Below, piece after piece: positions 1 to 7,624 of a stretch of 42,260 nt of DNA. Source of the DNA: a virus (taxonomy: Duplodnaviria > Caudoviricetes). Below the pieces are notes generated by a model that worked only from the letters and a program-made list of their open reading frames with translations, searched no databases and had not been told where the DNA came from. The stretch spans positions 1-42,260 of IMG/VR virus record IMGVR_UViG_3300032257_000036, one strand, 5' to 3'. The first letter of the stretch is position 1, and each line of letters begins with the position of its first letter. Made by a program: the position numbers and the translations under genes.

Positions 1-56
1 TGATGGTGATCGTTATGGTTATGGTCATGGCTATGACTATGGCTATGGTGATCGTT
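1..56. repeat. Terminal direct repeat (assembly overlap), identical to 42205-42260
   Basis: TGATGGTGATCGTT...GGTGATCGTT is identical at both ends, and joining the ends keeps the Gly-Tyr ORF in frame. It lies in low-complexity sequence, so the exact junction is uncertain. Confidence 0.75.
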
Positions 57-481
57 ATGGTTATGGTTATGGTCATGGCTATGACTATGGCTATGGTGAT
101 GGTGATGGTGATCGTTATGGTTATGGTCATGGCTATGACTATGGCTATGGCTATGGTGATGGTGATCAACTGTATTGGCAGTTATCGCTATCAAACATTC
201 CTACACCGGACAATACGGTGCTTGCTTACTGTTGGACGAACGAAGACGGATCTCCGTCGAACGGGGGGGCAGGAACTATCGCTAGATCAGGCGCAACACA
301 TGAAGTTGCTGGACCCTTAGAAATCTGTTCAAAGCAAGCCCTTCACGCAACATTAACTCCCCCAGCTTGGCGCGGAACTAAATTGTGGATTGTTGCTATG
401 CACAAACCCGTCGTGTTTGGTAACGACAAAATTGGCTCACTGAAGCGAACGTTTATTTGTGAATTTAGCAATAAGGACTAA
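2..481 (+). CDS. C-terminal part of Gly-Tyr/Asp/His repeat protein with a globular C-terminal domain (DUF7666-like motifs); continues from 41831-42260
   Basis: Frame 2 is open from base 2 (DGDRYGYGHGYDYGYG...GDGDQLYWQ...) into the track ORF 218-481 (GATHEVAGPLEICSKQALHAT...DKIGSLKRTFICE). Confidence 0.85.
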   Translation, partial: DGDRYGYGHGYDYGYGDRYGYGYGHGYDYGYGDGDGDRYGYGHGYDYGYGYGDGDQLYWQLSLSNIPTPDNTVLAYCWTNEDGSPSNGGAGTIARSGATHEVAGPLEICSKQALHATLTPPAWRGTKLWIVAMHKPVVFGNDKIGSLKRTFICEFSNKD

Positions 482-509
482 GTGAGAATACTACACAGGA
501 TAAAGGCTG

Positions 510-713
510 ATGACTGTTAAATACGTATTGCTTGATATGAATACTGGCGAGTTCAGTAACTCCTGGACTGAAGAAGAAATGGCGCTAGCAAAAGAAAAAG
601 GCTGGAAGCGTGAGACTGTGCGAACACCTAGCCGTTTCAATCCAAAAACTATTAAGGAAGGCCCAAAACAGCGGGTGATAGCCTTAGAATTGGGCGCAGG
701 TTATCGATGGTAA
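510..713 (+). CDS. Hypothetical phage protein
   Basis: ORF with upstream AAAGG, in the early operon orientation. Confidence 0.55.
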   Translation: MTVKYVLLDMNTGEFSNSWTEEEMALAKEKGWKRETVRTPSRFNPKTIKEGPKQRVIALELGAGYRW

Positions 714-795
714 GTATGTTTTCTGCACGTGTCCGTATGGGTTATTAAGATTTAATGATGGATTACTAGAATTTAAAGAATAACAGGAGATAGAA

Positions 796-1017
796 ATGAA
801 TGAACCATACAGACCAAGCAACGGAACAGAGGGCATGGCTTTTATTTCAGAATGGTGTGACGAGTGTATCCACGACGATCCAGAAAATGAAAAATTCTGT
901 CCGATTGTGGGTGCAACAATGATGCTGGATGTTGATGATCCAGACTATCCTAAAGAATGGATTTTTAATTACGAAGAAAACAGGCCGCGCTGTACAGCGT
1001 TTAAAGCTAAAGAATAA
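796..1017 (+). CDS. Small Cys-rich phage protein (YRPSNGTEG...WCDEC...C), probable Zn binder
   Basis: AGGAG RBS; CxxC plus further Cys residues. Confidence 0.75.
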   Translation: MNEPYRPSNGTEGMAFISEWCDECIHDDPENEKFCPIVGATMMLDVDDPDYPKEWIFNYEENRPRCTAFKAKE

Positions 1018-1023
1018 TGGCAA

Positions 1024-1152
1024 CCGGCTGACCCTTGATTGCTCGCTACGACTGAGGGTGTCAGTAGGTCAATTAGATCACGCATGAATTGTGATAGCCA
1101 CACATGCAATGCAAGATGCCAGTGAAAATCTGGTCTGATGTAAACCAGCCGG
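1024..1152 (+). ncRNA. Putative structured RNA with a tRNA-like subdomain
   Basis: Closing stem CCGGCTG/CAGCCGG; hairpins ACCCTT/GAGGGT and TCAC/GTGA; T-arm-like GCCAG-TGAAAAT-CTGGT; ATTAG/CTGAT pairing; intergenic. Confidence 0.5.
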
Positions 1153-1176
1153 GAGCCTCCCTATAGGAGATGGGTA

Positions 1177-1341
1177 ATGTTAATACTAACTAAATTATTT
1201 TATCTATCATTATTTTTAGTTTTATCACTCGCTTGTTTAGATAAGTTCGGTGTCGCGGTTGGTAGGGTATTATTTATTACATTTAAAATAGCAATGCACG
1301 TTTTTATATTATCCGGTTCGATCTTAATTTTAATTATATGA
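1177..1341 (+). CDS. Small two-TM membrane protein (54 aa, not in ORF track)
   Basis: AGGAG RBS; MLILTKLFYLSLFLVLSLACLDKFGVAVGRVLFITFKIAMHVFILSGSILILII. Confidence 0.55.
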   Translation: MLILTKLFYLSLFLVLSLACLDKFGVAVGRVLFITFKIAMHVFILSGSILILII

Positions 1342-1350
1342 GGCCACGCT

Positions 1351-1557
1351 ATGACTGATACATTAGGAGATACATTACCTGAAGAAATAGCGAGAGTGCG
1401 TCAAGTGCTTGCGACGTACATTGAGATAGGCCCGCCGGGTCAGTTCGGCGCTATGATGATAGAGGAATCTTTACGGCGCGCAGAAATTGCGGTGATGCGC
1501 GGCGATATTGTTGCAATGATTCAAGCCTATAGCGATTTAAAGGAGATTAAAGGGTGA
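1351..1557 (+). CDS. Hypothetical phage protein
   Basis: GAGG RBS; helical 68-aa ORF overlapping the next start. Confidence 0.75.
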   Translation: MTDTLGDTLPEEIARVRQVLATYIEIGPPGQFGAMMIEESLRRAEIAVMRGDIVAMIQAYSDLKEIKG

Positions 1558-1856
1558 CTGATACAGCATTAAAGCCTTGCCCGTCTTGCAAAAGTAGTAG
1601 CTTGTATTATTTTGAGAGCACAGCCCCGTACTACTCAAAATCGAGCGACAACCCCACGCGAATTGTTTGTAGAGATTGCGGGGCCAGCGCGCCTAAAGAA
1701 GCTTGGAGCAAACGCATAGAGGATGAGCGAGTGAAAGAAATCGAAACCGTAGGACTAGCATTCGTAATGTTGATATTTATTATACTTTTTTTCGGTCAGC
1801 CTAGTTTACATGATGCAATTATTCACTACTTGATGGGAGGTAACCAAAATGGATAA
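1554..1856 (+). CDS. Lar-family (restriction alleviation-like) zinc ribbon with a C-terminal TM segment
   Basis: LKPCPSC...VCRDCGA...EAWSKR pattern followed by a hydrophobic tail. Confidence 0.6.
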   Translation: MTDTALKPCPSCKSSSLYYFESTAPYYSKSSDNPTRIVCRDCGASAPKEAWSKRIEDERVKEIETVGLAFVMLIFIILFFGQPSLHDAIIHYLMGGNQNG

Positions 1857-2349
1857 TACAGATATTATTAAACAAGTAATTAGTAAACTAAAAACAATGC
1901 TGCATTTGCAGGCTGGTAGTACATGCTTTGTTTCTAGTAGTGATATAAAAGAAAGTGTCGGATTACTTAATAAACTCCAGCCTGAGCCTGATTTTTATCA
2001 ACCTGGGGATTTGGTAATACTGTCCGACGAGGGCCCTTACTACCTTGGGTACTATGTTGAGAATGGAGAGCATGGCCCTGATAACCCTGTCATTAGATCT
2101 GATGGCGATGAATATATTTTAGGTGATAGTGAGGAGCTACTAGGTAAAGTCATCATACAAAAACCCGGGCAAGAATTTTTAGAAGTGATTAAGCATGATG
2201 GGGGCGAGTATCCGGGGCATCTAGATGATTTTGTTTGCTATTGGAGGCCCGACAGAAAGCTGCCAAACGGAAACTGTTTAGCATATGCGGTGGAATGGTC
2301 GAATGTTGAAAAATACCTAGTCCTTCGCAATGGGGGGAGTGATGCGTGA
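1849..2349 (+). CDS. Hypothetical protein, paralog A1 of 2720-3232
   Basis: Shared blocks MDNTDII, LQPEPxFYQxGD and QKPGQEFLEVIxHDGGEY. Confidence 0.8.
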   Translation: MDNTDIIKQVISKLKTMLHLQAGSTCFVSSSDIKESVGLLNKLQPEPDFYQPGDLVILSDEGPYYLGYYVENGEHGPDNPVIRSDGDEYILGDSEELLGKVIIQKPGQEFLEVIKHDGGEYPGHLDDFVCYWRPDRKLPNGNCLAYAVEWSNVEKYLVLRNGGSDA

Positions 2350-2615
2350 TTTAAAAGAAAGGTTGCGTGGACACTATACTTGCGGCCCGTTTGGGACAAG
2401 AGACTTTAGTTCTTACATCCCTGCTATATCTATAGAAGCGGCTGACTATATCGAGCAACTCGAACAGCAGTTAGCTGATGCGAATGAATTAATTAAACAG
2501 TACCGCGATGCAGAATCGCAAGTTACTCACGATTGGGGGTGGTGATAGAGACTCAATCCTTGATAGCGTTGATAGGTATCTAACTAAATACGGAGTCAAC
2601 AATGAATCAGAGTGA
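2342..2615 (+). pseudogene. Paralog A2 of 3232-3540, frameshifted in a G5 run (2535-2539)
   Basis: Removing one G gives ...DWGGDRDSILDSVDRYLTKYGVNNESE*, matching the paralog end DSILEISNMITKYGVSDETE*. Confidence 0.65.
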
Positions 2616-2727
2616 TATTGATAGAATTAAAGAGCTAGACGAAGATAAGCCCAGAGTGATTTTAAACTGCCACCCCACTTGGAGAGTTGAATATTTAGAT
2701 ATGCAAGAAGGTAACCAAAATGGATAA
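2602..2727 (+). CDS. 41-aa chimeric ORF (N-terminus shared with 3527-4015, C-terminal GNQNG shared with 1554-1856)
   Basis: GGAG RBS; MNQSDIDRIKELDEDKPRVILNCHPTWRVEYLDMQEGNQNG. Confidence 0.55.
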   Translation: MNQSDIDRIKELDEDKPRVILNCHPTWRVEYLDMQEGNQNG

Positions 2728-3232
2728 CACAGATATTATTAACAAACTTAAGTCTACATTACCAGAATTAGGCTCTATCGATGATAACGAGGCAAGAAGC
2801 GCGTTAAAAACTATCATCACAGTGATTAAGAAGCTCCAACCCGAACCGTATTTTTATCAAGCTGGGGATTGGGTGAAGTTTAAATATAAAGTCAGTATTA
2901 ATGAGTATAAGGTGTCTGCTGGCTTTCTTAAAGAAAACCCCAGAATTGAAACCAGCTCTTGGTGGGATATCGTGTCTGATGATGAAAAAATTATAGGCGT
3001 TCCACTAGAAAACATCATCTGCAAACTCATCGAACAAAAACCCGGGCAAGAATTTTTAGAAGTCATACCGCATGATGGGGGTGAGTATTCTGGGGATGAT
3101 AACGATCATGTGATTGCCTGGTATCGAGATGGTGGGCTTACTTTTTGCAAAGCAAGGCATCTTGGATGGGGTCACTTCGATAGCAATTCGGACGTAGTGA
3201 AATACGTAATCCTAAGCAAAGGTGGTGAGTGA
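2720..3232 (+). CDS. Hypothetical protein, paralog B1 of 1849-2349
   Basis: Same shared motif blocks as 1849-2349. Confidence 0.8.
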   Translation: MDNTDIINKLKSTLPELGSIDDNEARSALKTIITVIKKLQPEPYFYQAGDWVKFKYKVSINEYKVSAGFLKENPRIETSSWWDIVSDDEKIIGVPLENIICKLIEQKPGQEFLEVIPHDGGEYSGDDNDHVIAWYRDGGLTFCKARHLGWGHFDSNSDVVKYVILSKGGE

Positions 3233-3540
3233 TGAGTGATTTAAAAGTAATTACAGATTCAAAAGAAATCCCACCCTTGCTGTCAATAGATAGAGTTGGC
3301 AGCAATATCGAGTCAGTAACTATTAATGTTGCTTCATTGTATGCGCGGATAAAACAACTCGAACAGCAGTTATCTGAAGCGAATGAGATATTCGAAGCGT
3401 TTGGTGAAATAAAGTGCTTACACTTAGGCGATGGCGGGACGGGATCGGGAAGTGAGGTTCTGGTCGGCATTGATTTCGACAGTATCTTAGAAATATCTAA
3501 TATGATAACTAAATACGGAGTCAGCGATGAAACAGAGTGA
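3232..3540 (+). CDS. Hypothetical protein, paralog B2 (IKQLEQQLSEANE coiled coil)
   Basis: ORF track; DNA blocks shared with 2342-2615. Confidence 0.75.
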   Translation: MSDLKVITDSKEIPPLLSIDRVGSNIESVTINVASLYARIKQLEQQLSEANEIFEAFGEIKCLHLGDGGTGSGSEVLVGIDFDSILEISNMITKYGVSDETE

Positions 3541-4015
3541 TATCGATAGAATTAAAGAGCTTGATAGTAATGCCACACCTGGGACTTGGACATGGATAAA
3601 TAGTAATATGTCGATCAATCGCTTTGGTAGGCTGTTTGCTAACTCTGACTTGGTGCTTGATGCGGACCTAGGTGCATTTGGTAGTAATATACATGATGCA
3701 AAACTCATCGCAGAATACCGCACCCTCTGCCCTGCTCTGTTAGCTGAATATGAAGCATTGAAGCGTGCTAATTCTAATCAGATTAATGCGTTGATTGAAT
3801 GTAATAATGAATTAATTCGTTCCGATGAAAAAACAGCTACAGCATACGAGAAGCTTGATGCAGAAATAACGGTAAGGAATATTCTGAGTGAGCAATGTAC
3901 TGCACTTATTGCTGAACTCGAAGTCGCAAATAAAAAACTAGAAAAGTATCAGGCGGTGGCGGCTGCAATGGATAGGCTATTTCAAGCACTAGAACAACTA
4001 AAGGAAGGTGAATGA
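3527..4015 (+). CDS. Ead/Ea22-like early coiled-coil protein
   Basis: ATPGTW...DAKLIA...ALLAE motif typical of the ead/Ea22 family; coiled-coil C-terminus. Confidence 0.6.
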   Translation: MKQSDIDRIKELDSNATPGTWTWINSNMSINRFGRLFANSDLVLDADLGAFGSNIHDAKLIAEYRTLCPALLAEYEALKRANSNQINALIECNNELIRSDEKTATAYEKLDAEITVRNILSEQCTALIAELEVANKKLEKYQAVAAAMDRLFQALEQLKEGE

Positions 4016-4214
4016 TGAGTTATGATATGTATGATTTCGGTAGCGATTGCGCAGAGACTTACTCGGGGACGTGTGAATGCGGGAAAGTAGTGGAGGTTTC
4101 AGCGCAATCGGATAGAGGACCGGAGTACTACACCGAGATATATGTTAAATGCGAGTGTGGGAAATCGGTCTATTTTAACTTGCCGGTAAATTAATAAAGG
4201 AAGGTGAATGATGA
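3999..4214 (+). repeat. 20-bp direct repeats TAAAGGAAGGTGAATGATGA (3999-4018, 4195-4214) flanking one gene
   Basis: Exact match; each copy contains an RBS and start codon. Confidence 0.9.
4012..4194 (+). CDS. Small Zn-ribbon protein (two CECGK motifs)
   Basis: ORF track; paired CxC motifs. Confidence 0.7.
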   Translation: MMSYDMYDFGSDCAETYSGTCECGKVVEVSAQSDRGPEYYTEIYVKCECGKSVYFNLPVN

Positions 4215-4384
4215 ATAACAGACTACGTACAGCATTACTAGAACTCGCTATAGCATATATAAAATCAGAAATACCAAAAGTTGATTCTATGTCACGCGTA
4301 GCAATTATTGATGATATAAGGGCGGGCTACTGTCCCGATTGCTGCGGTGATGATCTTCCATGTTACTGTGAGAGAGATGAATGA
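4208..4384 (+). CDS. 58-aa Cys-rich protein (YCPDCC...CYC), not in ORF track
   Basis: RBS in the direct repeat; stop overlaps the next ATG. Confidence 0.65.
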   Translation: MMNNRLRTALLELAIAYIKSEIPKVDSMSRVAIIDDIRAGYCPDCCGDDLPCYCERDE

Positions 4385-4596
4385 TGGAATGGATTAACGT
4401 TGACGATAGGTTGCCTGAAGATGGTATTCAGGTTTTATTAAGAGGGTCATCGAGCTACTCTTCTTCTAAGTATCACTATGAGTCAGGACGGTATAGTAAT
4501 GATAGAAAAGCTTTTGTAGATGATGCGTGTAACAGGATAACTGATGGATGGCCTGAGCCAGATAGTTGGTGTTATCTACCTGAGCCGCCGGAATGA
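4381..4596 (+). CDS. DUF551-like protein
   Basis: MEWINVDDRLPE...WCYLPEPP signature. Confidence 0.8.
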   Translation: MMEWINVDDRLPEDGIQVLLRGSSSYSSSKYHYESGRYSNDRKAFVDDACNRITDGWPEPDSWCYLPEPPE

Positions 4597-4811
4597 ATGT
4601 CCTGCCAACAGATAATTGGATGACTCTAAGGAAGTTTGCTCAAGAAACTGGGTATACTGAAAGAGCGATTTATGATAATAAATCAAAGGGTTGCTGGCCC
4701 ACCTGGATTTTTGTCAAGGACGGGCGTAAAGTAATGGTTAACTACACAGGATATAACCGATGGCTGAGTATGAAGGCGTCAGAGCAATATCAAATTCCAG
4801 CATTGAGATAA
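4593..4811 (+). CDS. xis: Excisionase (winged HTH)
   Basis: Small basic protein WMTLRKFAQETGYT...G.W...GRKVMVN overlapping the int start. Confidence 0.8.
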   Translation: MNVLPTDNWMTLRKFAQETGYTERAIYDNKSKGCWPTWIFVKDGRKVMVNYTGYNRWLSMKASEQYQIPALR

Positions 4812-5926
4812 GCTTTTATTATAAGGGTGTTCGGTGTCGGCCCCGTATAAAGCGATCGTCTACAAATGCAAATAAAAAATACTGCTCTCAATTAAGAAGT
4901 AAAATATTAATGGAAATCGACGAGGGAACTTTTTGCTTTGAAGAGTACTTTCCTGATCATCCATTAAATGAAAAGTTCTCCCCCGCCCTTTCTTTTCAAC
5001 CGCTCATTGATTCGGTTGTGGCTTACGTTGAGTCATACGATAAAATCCAACCGACCACAAAAAAGATTTACTTAAGAAGTTTAGAATTATTAAGAACAAA
5101 GATAAATGTACGTGTTGGGGAATTAACGAAGAAACACATATTAGAAATATCCGAAACCTGGACTGACTCAAGAACCGGTAAGCCTGTTACAAGAAAAACG
5201 ATCAATAATCACTGGATACCTGTTCGCAAATTCTATAATGAAAAAGCATCAAGGGAAGATATTCAAAATCCATTTTATGGCTGGGTGTTAAATGAAGGCG
5301 TTAAGAATAAAAAGCCAGAAATCGACCCGTTCTCAAAAGACGAAATTGATGCCATCTGCACCTCTGGCAGCATTACTAACATGGTTCAGTTTGGATATTG
5401 GACAGGAGTAAGATTATCCGAGTTGTTCGCGCTAAAGTGGGAAGATATAGATTGGTTGCATAGTAAAGTAGAAGTCTGTCGTGCTCACGTTTTAAACTTC
5501 AAAAAAGACACTAAGACTGACGCTGGTGAAAGGGTTATTGATTTACTTCCTCCCGCTTTAAAGTCTTTAGAAGACCAAAAACAACACACATTCTTATCAA
5601 GTGAGTACATATTCACCCACCCTGTCACCAACAAACCATTCATGACTGACAGGGAATTTAGAGATAAAATCTGGACGCCGTTATTAAGAAAGGCAAAGGT
5701 AAAATATCGACCACCAAAACAACTCCGCCACACGTTTGCTACTATCGCAATCTTAAGTGGAGAGAATATTTATTGGGTAAGTAAAATGCTAGGACACGCC
5801 GATCCAGCTTTTACCATGCGCGTCTATTATCGGTGGATGGAAAAAGTGGCGGAGGAAGGAGGTAAATTAATGCTGTCCAAAATGCTGCCCAACGACAGCG
5901 AAAACCAGCGAATTACAGCGAAATAA
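4760..5926 (+). CDS. int: Tyrosine integrase with N-terminal arm-binding domain
   Basis: TGVRLSELFALKW, KTDAG, QLRHTFA, LGHAD...VY catalytic motifs. Confidence 0.95.
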   Translation: MAEYEGVRAISNSSIEISFYYKGVRCRPRIKRSSTNANKKYCSQLRSKILMEIDEGTFCFEEYFPDHPLNEKFSPALSFQPLIDSVVAYVESYDKIQPTTKKIYLRSLELLRTKINVRVGELTKKHILEISETWTDSRTGKPVTRKTINNHWIPVRKFYNEKASREDIQNPFYGWVLNEGVKNKKPEIDPFSKDEIDAICTSGSITNMVQFGYWTGVRLSELFALKWEDIDWLHSKVEVCRAHVLNFKKDTKTDAGERVIDLLPPALKSLEDQKQHTFLSSEYIFTHPVTNKPFMTDREFRDKIWTPLLRKAKVKYRPPKQLRHTFATIAILSGENIYWVSKMLGHADPAFTMRVYYRWMEKVAEEGGKLMLSKMLPNDSENQRITAK

Positions 5927-6117
5927 CGGACAGTATTCAAACAGGAGATTTAGAGAAAAACGTTATAAATCAGTAATTTAAGCATTCAATAATGGTGGGT
6001 CGTGAAGGATTCGAACCTTCATTTGCCTGTGCCTGTAATTTAATAATCTATTATTTATCAACAGCTTAAGGTGGTAGATAATAGGCGCTTAATAAAAAGC
6101 TGTCCAAATGCTGTCGA
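5869..6117. mobile_element. attP: arm-type repeats, phased CAGCGAA repeats, core and IHF site
   Basis: AATGCTGTCCAA/AATGCTGCCCAA (5869-5892); AAAGCTGTCCAA/ATGCTGTC (~6096-6115); CAGCGAA at 5896, 5906 and 5916; TATCAACAGCTTA (6056-6068) fits WATCAANNNNTTR. Confidence 0.8.
5993..6020 (-). other. attP core = 3' end of a tRNA gene, probably tRNA-Lys
   Basis: Minus strand GAAGGTTCGAATCCTTCACGACCCACCA: T-arm plus acceptor strand with CCA; CACGACCCACCA matches the gammaproteobacterial tRNA-Lys 3' end. Confidence 0.75.
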
Positions 6118-6141
6118 TTGCTATACTATATAATAGATTCT

Positions 6142-6489
6142 ATGCTTAAACGACTTCTCAGCCTCTTGATTTTCACCCTACCACTGAGTCTACTTGGGGC
6201 TGAACGCGACTACCAGGAAAAATGGTGCGCTGAGATGGGTGGTAAAACAGAAGTTTCGGTCGAAGGCGGAAGAGTTGATTGTCTCACCGAGATTTATGCG
6301 ATTGAAGTTGATCACGCTAAGAAGTGGAAACAAGCAATAGCTCAGGCTAGGTGGTATGGACTACAGACGGGTAAGCGACCTGGGATATTATTGATTGTAG
6401 GTCCAGGTGATCAAAGGTATGTTGATTATATTGAAGAGTATAAAGCGGGGTATGATATTTATTTGAGAGTTTGGACAATAGAGAAATAG
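6142..6489 (+). CDS. Exported PD-(D/E)XK-fold-like protein with signal peptide (moron)
   Basis: MLKRLLSLLIFTLPLSLLGA signal; E..Q, RVDCLT, AIEVD and QA..Y motifs. Confidence 0.65.
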   Translation: MLKRLLSLLIFTLPLSLLGAERDYQEKWCAEMGGKTEVSVEGGRVDCLTEIYAIEVDHAKKWKQAIAQARWYGLQTGKRPGILLIVGPGDQRYVDYIEEYKAGYDIYLRVWTIEK

Positions 6490-6514
6490 CCCGCTTAATT
6501 TTTAGGAGAAATTT

Positions 6515-6625
6515 ATGAGAAAAAGAAATCCAGTATTCAAGCAAAATCGTGATTTTATTATAGCAATGAAAGCCAAAGGTTATTCAGTAGGGCTTTATAA
6601 AGGTAGAGTGTTAATTATTAAGTGA
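6515..6625 (+). CDS. 36-aa basic peptide
   Basis: AGGAGA RBS; MRKRNPVFKQNRDF... Confidence 0.4.
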   Translation: MRKRNPVFKQNRDFIIAMKAKGYSVGLYKGRVLIIK

Positions 6626-6626
6626 A

Positions 6627-6860
6627 TTAGGAAGATAATTCAGATTCTAGCTGTTTGTAGGTCTCCCTTTCTTCGTCATCCATATTAGAAAAGAAGTTTA
6701 ACTCTTGAAGTGCTTTAAACATTATTTGTGATTTTTCTTTCTTGGTTTTAGCGTGAAATAATTCCATACGATGTTTAATAGTGTTCATAGGTTCCTTAAT
6801 TGGGTACGATAGATCACAATAAGTGTGATATTCCGTCCAATATTTTTGGCTTATATCCAT
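6627..6860 (-). CDS. Hypothetical protein
   Basis: Last ORF of the late operon, overlapping the upstream stop. Confidence 0.6.
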   Translation of the reverse strand: MDISQKYWTEYHTYCDLSYPIKEPMNTIKHRMELFHAKTKKEKSQIMFKALQELNFFSNMDDEERETYKQLESELSS

Positions 6861-7624
6861 TGCTTCAGTAGATAAGATAGTGATAATTCCATTAAGCAGT
6901 AATTACCGTCTTTAACTTCGTGCTTGTATAAGCAACCCTGCCAGTGATCGTTTCCCTGTGGTCCTTTGTATTCTTCGTCATGCTGGTAGAATGAACCCGC
7001 TATCGCGCCTCTCGTTGTTTTTCCATTATTTAGGTATTTTTCTGCAATATCTTTACCTTGCCGGTGACCCTGGGTAAATGAGAAACCTAATGTGCTAAGC
7101 ATATTTCTACAGTTACCACCTAGCGCGCGGCCAGTATTGGTATTATAGAAATAATGACAATAATTAATACCATCTATTTCGAGTATCTTAAGAAAAGGGT
7201 TAACTTTCCAGCCAAATTTCTTTAACTCTAATGTATCGAAATTTAACGCCTTTCGACATTCTGTGTGCTCGTCAGTGTAACGCGTTATTCTGTCTTCATG
7301 ATTACCTAATAAAAATTCTAACCTTGGCTTGTATGGTCTGAGTTTTTTTCTTTTTCTTTTTCTGTTCAGGGCTTCAATGGGAGCCATTAAAAGCTCTAGC
7401 CCCATTATCCCTGCTTCTATATCATCTAACCAGTCAACGCCTTCTTCGGCTTTCTTAGCTTTAGAATCCCATGCGCTTAATGATGGCATGTCCCAGTGAT
7501 CACCGCCATGGATAATGACGTTAGGCATTTTATCAGCAATGTAATTCCCTGCTGCTTCCATGTGTTCAATGTAAACGTTAGGTTTTACTTGTGTATCTGA
7601 AATCCAAAAATGCTCATTCATCAT
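6851..7624 (-). CDS. Calcineurin-like metallophosphoesterase
   Basis: SDTQ, GDHWD, GNHE, H and GH motifs. Confidence 0.85.
   Translation of the reverse strand: MMNEHFWISDTQVKPNVYIEHMEAAGNYIADKMPNVIIHGGDHWDMPSLSAWDSKAKKAEEGVDWLDDIEAGIMGLELLMAPIEALNRKRKRKKLRPYKPRLEFLLGNHEDRITRYTDEHTECRKALNFDTLELKKFGWKVNPFLKILEIDGINYCHYFYNTNTGRALGGNCRNMLSTLGFSFTQGHRQGKDIAEKYLNNGKTTRGAIAGSFYQHDEEYKGPQGNDHWQGCLYKHEVKDGNYCLMELSLSYLLKQWI

Noticed and set aside
3-320. Met/Val-repeat ORF in the track
   Set aside because: Wrong-frame shadow of the Gly-Tyr repeat; frame 2 runs into a real globular domain
1838-3561. Diversity-generating retroelement TR/VR pair
   Set aside because: No reverse transcriptase; differences are not adenine-specific and include whole unrelated segments
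5993-6020. Complete tRNA gene
   Set aside because: Only the T-arm and acceptor 3' strand are present; this is the attP core
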